A program made the position numbers and the translations under genes. A DNA stretch of 64,000 nt from Lama glama (taxonomy: Eukaryota): positions 56,794,001 to 56,858,000 of the forward strand of contig CM052816.1 of assembly GCA_028534125.1 (NCBI GenBank), in the 5' to 3' direction. Shown in pieces: positions 36,441 through 50,179 of this stretch (positions are counted from its first letter, which is position 1; each line of letters starts with the position of its first letter). The notes beneath the pieces are model-generated. The model was not told the origin of the DNA and did no database searches. It was given only the letters and a program-made list of their open reading frames with translations.

Positions 36441-38439
36441 GTCGAGGGAGTGGGCAGCAGGCCAGTGCTCCCCGGGATGTTACCATCCAGAGGCGGTGTG
36501 TTGGGGCTCCTTCGATAATGCTGCCACCAAGGTGGCCACGGTGGATGAGCTGGCCAGGTGGTCTTGGGACCCAGAGGACTCCAAGGATTTGGGACACTCC
36601 CTCCCCTCAAACACGAAAAGGCAATAAAACAGGGGCCTCCGGGGAGCAGGTGGATTCCACCCAGCCTGTGGGAGTGGCAGGGAAATGGAAACCGGGAGGT
36701 GGAAAGGGTCGCCCACTTTGGAGGGCCTCCAGAGCTCAGTCCACTGTGGAAAAGCAGCTGGGCTTTTATGTGCTTGCCCTACAAAAACACACCCACTCTT
36801 CCAGAGCTCCTCACCCTGTGACAGGGGGAAAAAGTGAACACAGAGGAGTCTCCACAGTCTCCTTGACACCTGCTGGCCTTTGCTGGGTGTTAGTGTAAAA
36901 TATCAAGAGTTAGGCCAGTTAGGACCAGAAACAAGATCAGTACGGACCTCCTCTTTCCCGTAATCACATGGTTATTTCATCTAAAATTCTAGAAACAAAA
37001 AGGCTATGTTTTCCTAGTTTTCTAGATGGTTTGCAATCATCACACACATGAAACATCATCTTGAACCATGAACAGGTATAAATACAAAGTGTGGAGCTCT
37101 GAAAAAAAAAACCACTAGCTCACAATTTTGAATTAGACTTTCTCTGTGTGTGAGCAGGTGTGTGAGCACACATGCACACACACACCACACACACACAATC
37201 AATAGAAAGTAACATGCCAGGGAAAATCTACTACACAATAGTTTCAAAAAAAAAAGTTCAGAAAGAGGATCTGAAAAGCAAAAAAACAACAAATGTCTGA
37301 AATGACAGAGAAGAAACTTAGACGAAATTCCATTTCCTAAAAAAGGAAGACAATCTTGCTTTAGTCACATTCCTGGTTTCTAAAGAGACTGTTGATTATC
37401 CATAGACAGAACCTGGACTGACCTGTTGGTGATACTTTTTTTAATGTTAGAAAATAAATTATATAAGCAGACCAAATTTTTTCACAGATCACAAGGATAT
37501 CTAATCCATATCTATTCAAAACAATGATCATATTACTATTTTATTTGGTAGGTGAACGAGGACGATGACTTATGAAAGTTTAATTGCAACCCTTTCCAAT
37601 GCAACACAACTCCAAACAGCACAGTTTCACAATTCAGTTATGCCTCCCTTTCAAGATCACATCGTGCTGTACATTGGTCAAAAGATAAACATTCATGTCA
37701 GAAATGGCATGTCCATTAAAGAGAGGTGCCCAGCAGTCCTAGCACTAAGAGTAATATTCAGCACTAAGAGGAGTCGCTCACTTGCTAATCACAGAAGTCA
37801 GGAAGATGCGGCGAAGAGTGTCACGGGAGGAGGGAAGGATGTTACAGACACCAACAGAGAGACCCAGTGAGATGGAAAGGGACTAGGAGGCGTGGAGGGG
37901 GACGTGGCAGGAGAGGAAGACTGGGAAAGAAAATACGCATGGAAAAGAACATGAACATTTTCATCAAGAAAAGTTAGACAAAGCTCAAAGGAGATTTAGA
38001 TAAAGCTACAAAGAAGGCCAGCGGGAGGAACGGGCTTCTGAAAATGTGCTGAGGGACACGTACAGCATAAATAGCAAGACAGCCACAGGTAATAATTTTT
38101 GACTAAGATTGAGGACTTTCTAATCACTGTGGCCACTCAAAATCTACTTTTCTTAAAAGGCCACTAGTTTTATTGATGGCAAAGATAAATTCCAATTTAC
38201 AGAATTCCAGTGTGCCTCCGTCCTTTCCCCATCTGGAGTCAACTGCATACTTTGTTTTAGGCCACTGAAAACTATAAACTTTTGTAAAGTGAATGTTGGC
38301 ATCAATATTGAAATCACTCTTCTTCTATGCAAAAAAAAAAAAAAACCAAGAGATGTGCTACCATCTTTCTATCAATTCACCGTATCCCAAGTTAAAAAAC
38401 CACTCGGCTATTTTACTGAAACTTCTGGAAACAATAAGA

Positions 38440-38780
38440 GGTACAATATTATCTTCCCAAATTATCTTCCCAAATTAATCTATAGATTTAATATACTCTA
38501 ATCAAAACCCAAACCAAATTTGTCGAATGAAACTCAACAAGCTTATTCTACAGTTCATCTGGAAGAGTCAACTCACAAGACTAGAAACAAAAGTTTTGAG
38601 AAAGAGAATAATGTTTTGAGCTGTGGGAGGAGGGATCACAACTTGCCCCTGTCAGGGAAATTAAGTAATAATAAAGGTGGCATTTCAAATCAGTGGGGAA
38701 AGAATCAACTACTCAATAAATCATTCTGAAACAGCAGCTGTCCATTAAGGGCAAAAAAAATCCTTCACACCAAATACTTA
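38440..38780 (+). mobile_element. Old L1 ORF2 remnant
   Basis: ttcccaaattaatctatagatttaat...aataaaggtggcatttcaaatcagtggggaaagaat...ctcaataaa. Confidence 0.7.
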
Positions 38781-40201
38781 AATTCCCAATTAATTCAATA
38801 TTGAACATAATCCATAAGTGCATAAAATTAGAAAATTGTCTTGAACTTTTCATTATTGAACAAAAGACAAGAATTAAAGATACCTAAATTTCATCTATTC
38901 TGACACCACCCTAATTTATCAACCTTTTTTTTTCCATTTCCTTCTAGTTTTTGTTCAATGCACAGCTAATTAGTACATAACCATACTCATGACATAGCCA
39001 CATGTACAGCTGTGTTCTCTCTTCTATCAAAAGCATTTTTCCATGCTGTTACAATTTTTGGCACCATTTTCAATTGCATTCCATGAAAGATTTGATGTTC
39101 CATAACTTAATCATTCCTCTACTGTTGTACATGTAGAGTATTTCTAGCTTAACATTGTAAAAAATACAATAAATATTTTCATGTATGTTGTTTTTATACT
39201 TTAAATTACTTTTTTAGAATAAAATTCAAGAAATGAGGCCAAGAAGGGCACAATTGTCACAATTGTGAGACTGCTTTCCAAAAATGTATCAACTTGCGTC
39301 ACTACCTGCGCTGGTTGATCAAGAGTATCATTTTTATCCCAACTTTGCCAAAACTTTCTTTTTTATTGTTTCCCAAGTTAACATTTAATAAATGTTTCTT
39401 CACTGACTAATTCATATTTTTCCATTGCCACTGAAATGTATTGCCTACTTTTATAAAAGCCTATTACTAAATGGTGTCCGCATTGTTAGTTGGTCTGATT
39501 AAATTTTGATTTAAGGAACTCTGATCTTCCCTCTTCTATTCACATTTAAATTCACCTTTGCCTTCAGGAGGTCAAAATTTTCACTTTCCCAAATGAATCA
39601 ATTGACAGCAATATCAAAATGATCCCCTTCCCCTTCTGACGAGTGAATGTGTACCACCTACTACTCATGACCAAATAAAAAGCACTCAAATACTCATGTA
39701 AGACCACTGAAGGCCAGGTAACATGGACAACAGAAATAACAAAGTTTACGTAAAGCAGAAAAACGTAACTAAACATAATCACACTGAGTATCTCTCAATA
39801 TAAGCACAAACAAAAACATCATGCGTATTAAACCAACATTTTTTTTTTTACTATCAAGCATCCCCCTAGAGAAATTCTATTTGTAAAACTCATCAATAAT
39901 TCTCAAAGACCAAGCCTTCTGCTGAAATGCTGTGACACCTATGGATTTCTTCTCAAAGAACCAAAAAGGTACTCAATGTTTTTGCCACCTTCATTCGACT
40001 CTCTTAACTCCTCTTCCAATGGCATTAAAGATGGAAATGGACATTGACATTGATAAGCACATTCTAAATATTTTTTCATTACTCTCTAATGGTCTCAAAT
40101 TCAATGTCTCTAACACCCTGAATAGCTTGGTGGCTGTATTATCCTGGTCCTGGGTATTCTTGTAGTAAGTTCTTCCACCCTCTATAGATAGTGCATATAA
40201 C

Positions 40202-40233
<32 letters not shown>

Positions 40234-40264
40234 CACACACACACACACACATATATGTATGTAT

Positions 40265-40299
<35 letters not shown>

Positions 40300-40300
40300 C
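40202..40300. repeat. Compound (TA)n(CA)n(TATG)n(TA)n microsatellite
   Basis: Read directly from the sequence; roughly self-complementary layout. Confidence 0.9.
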
Positions 40301-40464
40301 ACAAAATATATAACTGTAAATATTTTGTTAATAACAATGTCATTTTCTGGACAACAGCCTTTTAACTATGTCGTTTCTAAAATACCTGGCATGATTGAGC
40401 AGTGAACAAATAGTATTGTTTCAAGTGATGACAATGAGAACAAAGTGTGCATCTTTTTATAGTG

Positions 40465-40616
40465 AGTCCGTATGGGGTTATGGGTGGCCTGAGAACTTCT
40501 TAAAGTTGTTAGCAAAATTGTTTATGTGCATGTGTGCCCAATTTTCTAAGGAAAGGTTTATAGTTTCATCATATTCTCAAAGGCATCTAAAGATTCAAAA
40601 AACGTTAGGAACACTA
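40465..40616. mobile_element. MER103-like hAT remnant
   Basis: ...atagtttcatcatattctcaaagg...caaaaacgttaggaacacta. Confidence 0.55.
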
Positions 40617-40778
40617 GCTTTTATTGTAACAAACAAAAATGAGAATTTAATAAGTGCTTTTTATTGATAATTGTCACCTTTTCATGTGACAGTAAGACTG
40701 TTCTGCCCTTTAAGATATTCTAGTATTCTACACAGCCTTTACATGGGATGATTTTTGACAGAAGCACAATGAAGGTAA

Positions 40779-40951
40779 TTTTTTTTTATATTGAAGTATG
40801 GTATATCTACAATGTTGTATTACTTTCTGGTGTCCAACATAATTATTCAGTTATACATATATATTCTTTTCCACATTCTCTTTCATTATTAGGTTATTAT
40901 AAGACATTGCACATAGTTCCCTGTGCTGTACAGTAGGACCTTGTTGTTTAT
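40779..40951 (-). mobile_element. Short 5'-truncated L1 3' end
   Basis: T tail then ttgaagtat...ccctgtgctgtacagtaggaccttgttgttta; TSD tgaaggtaa at 40770 and 40952. Confidence 0.88.
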
Positions 40952-41806
40952 TGAAGGTAAATGTTAATTGACATGTTAAATATTATAATGAACATTTTCT
41001 AATACATGCCACTAAAACCATTATCATACTATAAATATAATGCTCTAAGTGAACTATCAAATTTAATTCTTTGTTTTAAGTATTTGAAACTTGCCCTCTT
41101 TACAGTAACAACAGAAAAACCCAGTAATTCTACCCAGAGATTTCTCTGCAAAGCACAGTGTTGCTGAATGTTTTAAGATCCTTGAAAAATAAATTTTAAA
41201 AAGATGTATTGTCCCACGTTATAGGTCAGTGAATAAAAGTACAGGTACTAACTAGTACCAGCACTGACAGGATCCCAGAGCCAGATTAACAGCATTGGGT
41301 TTCTTGATTTCTGCCCCCACCCCCACGTTATATTACCTTTACATTCCTTGAGCAAAATTTCAAAGAAAGTTCCGTAGGCACAAAGACTTTTATTTCCAGT
41401 TACTGTATTCAACTGAAGTACTTCTCTAAAACAAAGTTTGAAACTGTAAAAACTATTTCCTGTATGTTGTATGCACATATTATAGGTAGATAAATGCACA
41501 TCTACTTACACACATGTATTATCTTTTATGTGAACAGTACTCCATAATTTATAAAGTGTTTCCTTGTGAATTGTCTTATCTTATTCTCACATCTAGGAAA
41601 TATTATTATAACTTTTATTTTATAAATGAGAACTCTGATAATATCAGGTCCAGTGTGTGGCAGAGCCACAAATCAAATCTACATCTTCCTGTTCCAGGCC
41701 CAGGGCACTCTTCTTCTCAACCTGTTGCTGTACAAACAGCAAGTGCTCAAGTATTAATTGACTTATCTACATCTTTATACTTAAAACTGATTTTATGTAC
41801 TTAATA

Positions 41807-41996
41807 CAAGGATTCTCATCCTGAAATCCATGGGTAGACATGGGGTGGAGAGGGAAGGGGAAGTCAGAGAAATGTTCCTTAATCCCCTGAATATATATGC
41901 ACAATTTTAAGCATCCATCTGGGGAGACTGTCTTTTAATCAGAGATTCCTAGGAGGGTACAAGGAGAATATGATTCAAAAAAGTTAAGAACCACTG
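41807..41996. mobile_element. MER103-like hAT remnant
   Basis: caaggattctcatcctg...tccatgggtag...caaaaaagttaagaaccactg termini. Confidence 0.55.
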
Positions 41997-42207
41997 ATTT
42001 AAGGCATGTTTAAAGCATCTTTTGTATAATGTAAAATGTCAAGATCATTCAAATTTATTATCCAAACCAAAACTAAGTCAACAAAATTCAGTTCAATATA
42101 AATTGGTTAGATCCAGAGGAAAATAGCAGAATGTCAATTTTTTTAAGGAAGGAAAACCAAAATGAACTAAAAGACTCATAAGGACATTTCTTCAGGGACA
42201 GCCGTTG

Positions 42208-42400
42208 AGGGGGGAGGGTGCGGCTCAAGTGGTAGAGCACATGCTTAGTATGCATGAGGTCCTGGGTTCACGCCAGTACCTCCATTAAAATAAATAACAA
42301 CAACTTAATAAATTAACCTAATTACCTCCCCCTCCAAAAAAATAAAAGAGAAGATAAAATAAGTATTTTAAAAAAGAAAATTTAAAAAAGAAAAAAAGAA
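42208..42400 (+). mobile_element. vic-1-type SINE
   Basis: ggggagggtgcggctcaagtggtagagcacatgcttagtatgcatgaggtcctgggttca...cagtacctcc, an attacctcccc module and a long A-rich tail; acagcc on both flanks. Confidence 0.9.
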
Positions 42401-42419
42401 ACAGCCTCTGGAGTAGGAA

Positions 42420-42847
42420 TGACCTTCTTTTTAGACAGGATGAAACAGAGCAGTGTAGACCAACATTCCTGCTGATAACAACGAGAAAATAAAGACTGAA
42501 AAACTAAAACTAATAGTCTCAAAGGCACCTGAAACCAATGGAAATGAGAATAAAATATAATTAAAACTCCAGAAAGGGCAGAACCACTCAAGAGAATTAT
42601 GGCTAGAATTATGTCTTCTAGCTAGAAGGCAATGGAATAATAACTTGAAACAATGAAAGAAAATAACCAGTGACCTACAATGCCCTACCTAACAAAAATA
42701 TTCTTAAAAATGAAGCTGAAATTAAATGTTTAAGACAAATACTGAGGTAACTCACTGCCAGTAGGTCAGCACTAAAAGAAATACTAAACGAACTTATTCA
42801 AGCAAAAGCAAAATGATCTCAAACATAAATACGGACATGCAAGAGGC
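42420..42847 (+). mobile_element. Old L1M 5'/ORF1 remnant
   Basis: gctagaaggcaatggaataa...gaaaataacc...aaaaatgaagctgaaattaaa...actgccagtagg...actaaaagaaatactaaa. Confidence 0.6.
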
Positions 42848-43347
42848 NNNNNNNNNNNNNNNNNNNNNNNNNNNNNNNNNNNNNNNNNNNNNNNNNNNNN
42901 NNNNNNNNNNNNNNNNNNNNNNNNNNNNNNNNNNNNNNNNNNNNNNNNNNNNNNNNNNNNNNNNNNNNNNNNNNNNNNNNNNNNNNNNNNNNNNNNNNNN
43001 NNNNNNNNNNNNNNNNNNNNNNNNNNNNNNNNNNNNNNNNNNNNNNNNNNNNNNNNNNNNNNNNNNNNNNNNNNNNNNNNNNNNNNNNNNNNNNNNNNNN
43101 NNNNNNNNNNNNNNNNNNNNNNNNNNNNNNNNNNNNNNNNNNNNNNNNNNNNNNNNNNNNNNNNNNNNNNNNNNNNNNNNNNNNNNNNNNNNNNNNNNNN
43201 NNNNNNNNNNNNNNNNNNNNNNNNNNNNNNNNNNNNNNNNNNNNNNNNNNNNNNNNNNNNNNNNNNNNNNNNNNNNNNNNNNNNNNNNNNNNNNNNNNNN
43301 NNNNNNNNNNNNNNNNNNNNNNNNNNNNNNNNNNNNNNNNNNNNNNN
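42848..43347. other. Assembly gap (500 N)
   Basis: Run of exactly 500 N. Confidence 1.
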
Positions 43348-43653
43348 GACAGGAGGGCTCCCAGTGGTTTCAGAATTGTTCATCATCTTGGCGGTGGTAG
43401 TGAGTACATGCACCTACACAGGTGACAAAAATGGTCCAGAAATGTAAGATCGCACATACTAGTGAATACAAGTAAAGCTGGGAAACCTGAATAAGATGGG
43501 TATGTTGTGCCAATGTCAATACTGACTGAGCTTTTACAGAGTAGTTTTATAAAACGGAAGAAACTGGGCAGAGAATATAAAGTTTCTCTATATTGTTTCT
43601 TATCACTGAGTATGAATTTATAATTATCTCAATAAAACTGTTAATTTGAAAAA
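43348..43653 (+). mobile_element. L1MC-like 3' end
   Basis: gtgaatacaagtaaagctgggaaacctgaataagatggg...caatgtcaat...tctctatattgtttctta...aattatctcaataaaa. Confidence 0.7.
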
Positions 43654-43898
43654 TCATGCTAGAATTTTACGTACCTAACCAATTTTTTCTCTTGTGGGGG
43701 CTACCATAGGCTATTCCTCCTACCCCTCTTTCCCTCTCTGCATTTTCCAATAATATTGCCACTGCTTAAAACATTTTTGAAATTTCTTTCTCAGCTTGTG
43801 ACATGTTTTGATTATTTTGTAGGGCAGCAAGTCTTTATCCTTAAGAATATGAATTTTTTTAGTGTCAGAAGAAATTCAGAACTACATTAAAGAAGAAA

Positions 43899-44322
43899 TG
43901 TATGCTATTTTCTTTCTCTTTCTGACTTACTTCACTTAGAATGAGAAAGAGAAACAAAAATACCATATGATATCACTCATATGTGGAATCTTAAAAAAAA
44001 AAACAAACGATGTTATTTACAAAACAGAAACAGACTCACAGACATAGAAAACAAACTTATGGTTGCCAGAGGGGAATGGGATGTGAAAGGATACATTGGG
44101 AGTTTGAGATTTGCAGATACTACTATACATAAAATAGATAAACAAGCTTATACTGTATAGCACAGGGGACTATATTCGGTATCTTGTAGTAACTTATGGT
44201 GAGAAAGAATATGAAAACGAATATATGTATGTTCACGTATGACTGAAGAATTGTGCTGTACACCAGAAATTGACACAACATTGCACACTGACTATACTTC
44301 AATAAAAATATATTTTTAAAAA
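43899..44322 (+). mobile_element. L1 3' UTR insertion with inverted 5' segment
   Basis: 43899-43944 is antisense L1; 43945 onward is sense L1 3' UTR running to AATAAA; aagaagaaa occurs on both flanks. Confidence 0.9.
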
Positions 44323-45221
44323 GAAGAAGAAACATGAGTGAACAAGGTAGGAAATGCAATTCATGGGCAAAAACAAAGTAACTGTTAAGTCATGAAACTG
44401 GGTTTTTTGTTTGTTTGTTTGTGGAGTCATGGGCTTAACTTAAGGTTTTGAGATTCGAGAGAAAAAAATCACATACTTCTGGCTAAAAACCCCTTCTAGA
44501 GGCAAGGTGAAGCCAAAGGAGTGTTTGAAGTGAGGCAGTAACTTACCTAAGGTTGCCTTTTCACAAGACTGATCCAAAGACTGCTGAATAAACTGACAAG
44601 AGAAGAAGATAGAGGCAGAGAGAGGAGCTGGGAGAACAGGTCTGTGGGAAAGTCCCCTGATATTTGGGAACATTTCTACAGAGCGGTGAACAAATCTAAC
44701 AGGAGGCAGCCACCACCTCCCCAGTGGCTTTCATCTGTATTTCAGGCAGTAAATTGTGGCTGAGTGCCACCCTCATGCACCTCCTATTCCCAACTAGGCT
44801 TCATACAGTCTTTGTAGGAACAAAAAAGTACTCTCTACCCCCATCCCTAAAAGTTAAGACATTCTTAAACTAGAATAGCTAGATTGGTTCACCCAATTCT
44901 AGACTATAAAACTAGTGGACAAGTGTATAAAACTTGGAGAAGTCCTAGAATGAAGCTTTAACATTTAGAAATATGACCTTAAAGATTAAAAGAAGATAGG
45001 TTTAACTTTATAAATATAGCTCATCTCTAAACATTTAATTTATTTCAGCACATTTACTCAGAACTTCCTATATGCTTAGTGCTCCGTAAAAAAAACAAAA
45101 CAAGTGTAAGTGGCTCCCTTGAAGTGTCTCTCAATCTGTTTGAAAAGAAAGGGCATTCCAATGTGAAACGCGCAAATACGCTAGAGGAACAGACAACCAA
45201 ATGCCAAGGATAACATAAACA

Positions 45222-46560
45222 CTCACTTATTCCACAAATACTTATAGACTATCTGCTGTATCCTGGGCACTGGGGATGCAAAGATGGATTCTGTCCTAGA
45301 GGAATTTCTAGCCCAGTGAGAAAAAGGGAAACAATAGGAATATAAAATATGTGTGGGATTCTGCGAATACAGGGAGGCAGAAATACTCAAATCAGTCAGC
45401 AGCTGATGTACTGGCATGTCTCCCCAGGGAGATGAGGCCTAAGCTGAGGCTTAAAGAATATGTATAACTGCTTTTAACTCGGGACACTGCCTCCCAGAAA
45501 CGCATTTGGAAATGAGGACAGAATCTTTGATTCTCACATGACTGGGCTGGCAGGGGCAGGGAAGAGCAGATGAGGGAAGAGGGCTGGTACAGGCAGCCAG
45601 CACAAGAAACCACGGATGCTGAATGTCCTATAATACCGGCTCAGTCCTGCACAAAGAACTGCCCCACCTCAAATGCCAAAAGCAACCCTTGTTGAAAATC
45701 ATCGAGGAAGACAATAGATGTTCATCAGGTAGACCATGAAATGGGAGGACATTTCAAGTAGAAAAAATAAGTACAACTACACAGAAGCATTAAAGAAAGG
45801 GCTGTTCATGGAGCTACAAACACCTCCAGAACTACTGAAAGGGTACACAGGGTAAACGTGGGCGAGAAAGAAGGAAACCTTTCCCGTGCCCCAATGTTGT
45901 ATCATACTAAGGGTATGAACTTCAAGCCAGTGAGTCACTTTAAGCAGAAGGGTGTGATCCAAACTGTACTTTAAAGAGATCACTGTCACACAGGTGGAAG
46001 ATGGATTGGAAAGAGAGAGGCCACAGTCAAGGAATCAGGTAAGAGACCAGTCATTGCTATTGTTTAAGTGAAAGTCGCTGAGAGCCTGATTCAAAGCAAT
46101 GCTGTAGTGAGGGCAAAAAAAAATTTTAGAGATGAAAGGACAAAATGGAAAGACCTTGGTGCTTAACCAGATGTAGGACATAAGGACCAGGAGGAATCTA
46201 GGGAGACTCCTCAGTTCCTGGCCTGGGAAACCAGGTAGGCACTGCCATTGAACAGGGTGGGGAAAGTGAAAGGAGAAGCAGATGGGTGGCTTTGAGAGAA
46301 GAATGAATACTGGCCATAATGAGTTTGAGATGTGGGGATGGGCGTCCAAGACAGGTCAAAAGCACAGATCTGGAGTTCAAGGTAGAGGTCTGGGCTGCAG
46401 AGAAAGACGTTGATAATACAGTACAGTAGTTAAAGTCTTGGGAGTAAATGAGATGGGTCAAGGAACTGGATACCACAAATTCAAAAAGGGCTTAAAACAG
46501 AAATGTGGAGAACTCCAAAAGTAACGTAGAGGAAGAGGAGCTCTCAAAAGACATTGGGAA
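45222..46560 (-). mobile_element. Degenerate LINE-2 interrupted by a MER20-like element
   Basis: L2 tail (cacttattccacaaatacttatagac...ctgggcactgggga), then ttttaaagagatcactg and gagtttgagatg...tggagttcaaggtagaggtctgggctg. Confidence 0.7.
45465..45702. mobile_element. MER20-like hAT remnant
   Basis: catttggaaatg...cacatgactggg...ggatgctgaatgtcctataat...cacaaagaactgccccacctcaaatgccaaaag. Confidence 0.6.
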
Positions 46561-46599
46561 GTAGAGACAGAATCAGGGCTGACGTTTATTGAGCTAGAC

Positions 46600-46772
46600 A
46601 ACATTCATTTAGTCCTCACAATGGTATAAAATAACTCCTGCTATTGCCCCCATTTTACAGAAGGGAAAAGTGAGGCATAGAGGGGTTAAACATCTTGCCC
46701 AAAGTCACACAACTACTAAGTGGCAGAACCAGGACCCAAGCGGTCTGGTTCCAGATTCCATACGCCCAACCA
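46600..46772 (-). mobile_element. MIR SINE
   Basis: cccattttacagaagggaaaagtgaggcatagaggggttaaacatcttgcccaaagtcacacaactactaagtggcagaacc core. Confidence 0.85.
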
Positions 46773-48732
46773 TCTGACTGTTGATATGCTGGAAATTCAA
46801 AAGGGGACCAATGTGACAAAAATGCAAAGGAGATGGACAAGGCAACAAATCCTGTGGGTAAATGAAGCAAAGCAAGTTAAGAACTCAGAAGGACTCATTG
46901 AAGCCATGATGTGAGAGGTGGCTGGCCCCTTTGCCACAGCCATGTTGGAAGGAGCAGCCTAATAAGGGCAGTGCAGCAGTGACCAGGAGGGAAGGAGTTG
47001 AGATACCCACACTAAACAGCAAGTGTTTAGGAGTTCAGGAAGATGAGAGCTTTGCGGCTGAAGTTGTCAGAAAAGACTTTGCTAAGAAAGGGGACCCTAA
47101 GCTGTGTCTTAAAAGGAGGAAAAGAGTGAGAACTGGTGTTCAAGTGGTTTCACTGGTAAAAAGCCAAAACAAAAGTCATTTTGTTATTGTGGCTGAGATC
47201 CAGCTAGACCCTGAGCTCCTGCAGTCTGAACAAATGGGACCTACATATGCTAAGAACAATAACTACAAATTTCTACCACATATTCAACAACGACTTGTGC
47301 AATTCAGCATTTGGCATTCAAGATTAAGACTGAAAAGAACTTTGCTACAGGATAAATACTCAAGCAGGGCAAAAACAAGTTACAAAAGAAATCTTCAACA
47401 AATTAAACATTACATACGTTGTCCTGGATATTACTAAAGGCACAAAGAAGTATAAGATCCTGCCCTCAGGGACATTTACAGAGAGACAAGTCCAAACACA
47501 TGAACAGTGCAGCAACAATTCAAGAGCTTAAATAATAGTTCAGTAATGATACATAATTGCTTAGAGCTTACAAAGGACTGCAATGAGGTCAAGGAGAATG
47601 AAGACTCACATGGGGCCATAGTCTCTGGAAATTAGAAAGTTACTGGGTACCACTTCAAGTGCAGTGGAGAGAAAAATGAAGGGGGCTTTTGTTTTATTTC
47701 TGTCTTTTTATGTTAGCGGGGATCTGTGCAAGCTTACAAGGACAAGGGAAAGAAATGAGAGTGCCCAAAGTGCCGGGGAGAACAGATCCTGGCACTTGGT
47801 GCCTAGTGCCCAAGGATGTCAAATGTCCACATCCCCTGATGGGGACAGTCTTGCATACTGAAGAACTGGGCCATGTCCTTCTTTGAAATTTGGACAGATT
47901 TTAATTTTGCTTCTGGTGGCTTAGCTGTGCCTTGTCCTCAGAAGAGAAGCTAGCCTTCAAGTCTCCTCCAGAAAGGGGATCCCTTCTGGGACAGTTCCTA
48001 CATTCTAGAAAGTCATACCAGTTAACTACATAATACTATCCTTGGTGTCATCCCCCAGGAAATTGGCATATAAATTATTTTCAGATCTACCATGAAAATT
48101 TCTAAATATTTTCAAAGTATAACTTAACCACCGAACTCATAAATTATATATTAATATTCAATTTCAGTTAAAAATGAAAACAGAATACTAGCCTTCAATT
48201 TTTCAAAAATACAGTGAAATAACTTTAATGTCTACATCTGCGTATTCTCCATTGGAGTGAATGGTTTTATTTGACGGCATACAATTTCCTTGTTGATAGG
48301 CTCAACAAGAGAGACCAAAGAATAAGGCTCTGTCTTTCTAGGCAACCTGAACTTGGACAAGTGGGTGACTAAGATTAGATGTGCTCGCAAAACTGCGATA
48401 CCTGCTGGGAGGCGGGGAGAACTTGGGCTTTTTCCCTCTTGCTATTTACTCAAGTCCTTAGGACAATTAAAAGTCCCTTCTCACATCATGTTTTCTATGG
48501 CTCTCGCATAACAATGCGTTTCCTAAAGCAACACTGAGCTCATTATTTTAAAAGAAGCACTATCACAAAGGAACTAGGAACTAAATGCTACATTTTGCAG
48601 AACCTGGAGCAGTAACTGCCAAATCAAGGCAGATCTTCACTTGTCATGAACCGAAATACTCTAACTATTCTGGGGGGAAAATGCAATCTGAAAAACTAAC
48701 ATTTGCATCAACAGAATATACAGGTGTGGTGT

Positions 48733-49074
48733 GTGCATGTCTGAATGCTTGTGTCTCTCCCATTCATACGTTGAAATCCTAACCCCTGAGATAATGGTAT
48801 TAGGAAATGGGGCCTTTGGGAGATTCTTAGGTCATGAAGGTGGAGCCCCCGTGAATGAACTTAGTGCCCCTCTAAAGAAGACCCCACAGAGCTCCCTAGC
48901 CCCTTCCACCACATGAGGACACAAGAAGTCTGTGACCCAGAAGAGGGCTCTCACCAGACCACGCTGGCACCTGATTTGGGACTTCTAGCCTCCAGAACTG
49001 TGAGAAATCATTTGTTATTTATAAGCCACTCAATCTGTGGTATTGTGTAACAGGAGTCTGAACAGACTAAGATA
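48733..49074 (+). mobile_element. MaLR solo LTR (MLT1A-like)
   Basis: tgaatgcttgtgtc...gttgaaatcctaacccc...ggggcctttgggag...ggacttctagcctccagaactgtgagaaa...tttataagccac...gaacagactaagata. Confidence 0.9.
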
Positions 49075-50179
49075 ATGCTAAATACATGATCAGCACTTAA
49101 AATTATATTCCTCATCACCTTAGGACTTCTTATCAACACAACTAAACTTAGTTCCTCTTGACCCTCCTCCCAACATACACACGTACATGCACACACAGAC
49201 TTCCACCCCGCATCTCCTAGTTCTTTACACTCCTGTCCTCGCCGAGGTGAGAGCTAACCAGCACTATAACCCAGGTTTACATGATAACGGATAATTGTAG
49301 GTATAAAGTCTTGACCTTCCCTACCAACAAACCATGCCTTGATCCAAAGACAGGAACCCAGAAGGAAAGGAGGGCACACAGCTCGGAGCAAGCAGGGCTA
49401 TTAGCCAAATTACAGAAAATATGCAGTTCCCTGACTCGGTGCACGTGTATGCACCTGTACGCACCTGTCTAGGTGTGTGGCCCATAAACTTAGATTATGT
49501 ATTAGTGGGAAAAACCTCATTTTAGATGAGAGTTCACAGAGCATCTGGTAAAACATCAACACTATACAAAATGCCCCAGGTGGGGAATGCATCTAGCAAA
49601 CTCAAGTAAAGCAAGTGAGTGATTTACTGATGGACAGTCTCTAACAGCAATTCCAGACCACATTCATTGTCACCTCTGTCATGAGCTCACACCAAGTTAT
49701 GCTTTACCAACTCACCTCCCCTTTTTAACTACATTACATTTTTTGGAAAGAATTACTACGATTTTTTTTTCCTTTTTTCCTTCATCCTTAAGATGCCACC
49801 TCACTCAGAACAAAAGACATCACTTCCTATTTTGAAATCAATACCTTTCATCCATTAGGCCATTAGAGCTCTTTCTTTCTGGTCCTGCCTTCAATTCCCT
49901 CACTTACCTCTCCCCCTTCCTCCCCTGTGATCTGTGTCCCATTTGTTCTGAATAGCTGAGGGACTTCGCCCCCACAGTAGTCTGGGATCTTTGCCCTTGG
50001 GAACTCCCAGCTTATTGAAGGAAGCAATTGAACAGCCAATGCCATGTAATCAACATTAGTAAAGAGAAGCCCTGGATGCTGGTGGGGAACATAGGAAAGG
50101 CACTGGTCCTGCCGGGAATGGTCTGAGTAATTTGTAAAATGAGTTGACAAGGACTTGTTTATTTAAGTCTTTAAGAAAA

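Noticed and set aside
36190..36627. ORF with EGRK repeats
   Set aside because: It is the translation of the (GGAA)n microsatellite.
42208..42285. tRNA-like sequence with A/B-box similarity (also about 5845-5922 and 20685-20756)
   Set aside because: These are SINE heads: degenerate stems, a shared non-tRNA tail module, A-rich tails and flanking direct repeats.
42784..43413. ORFs of about 200 aa spanning the second gap
   Set aside because: Artefacts of translating N runs.
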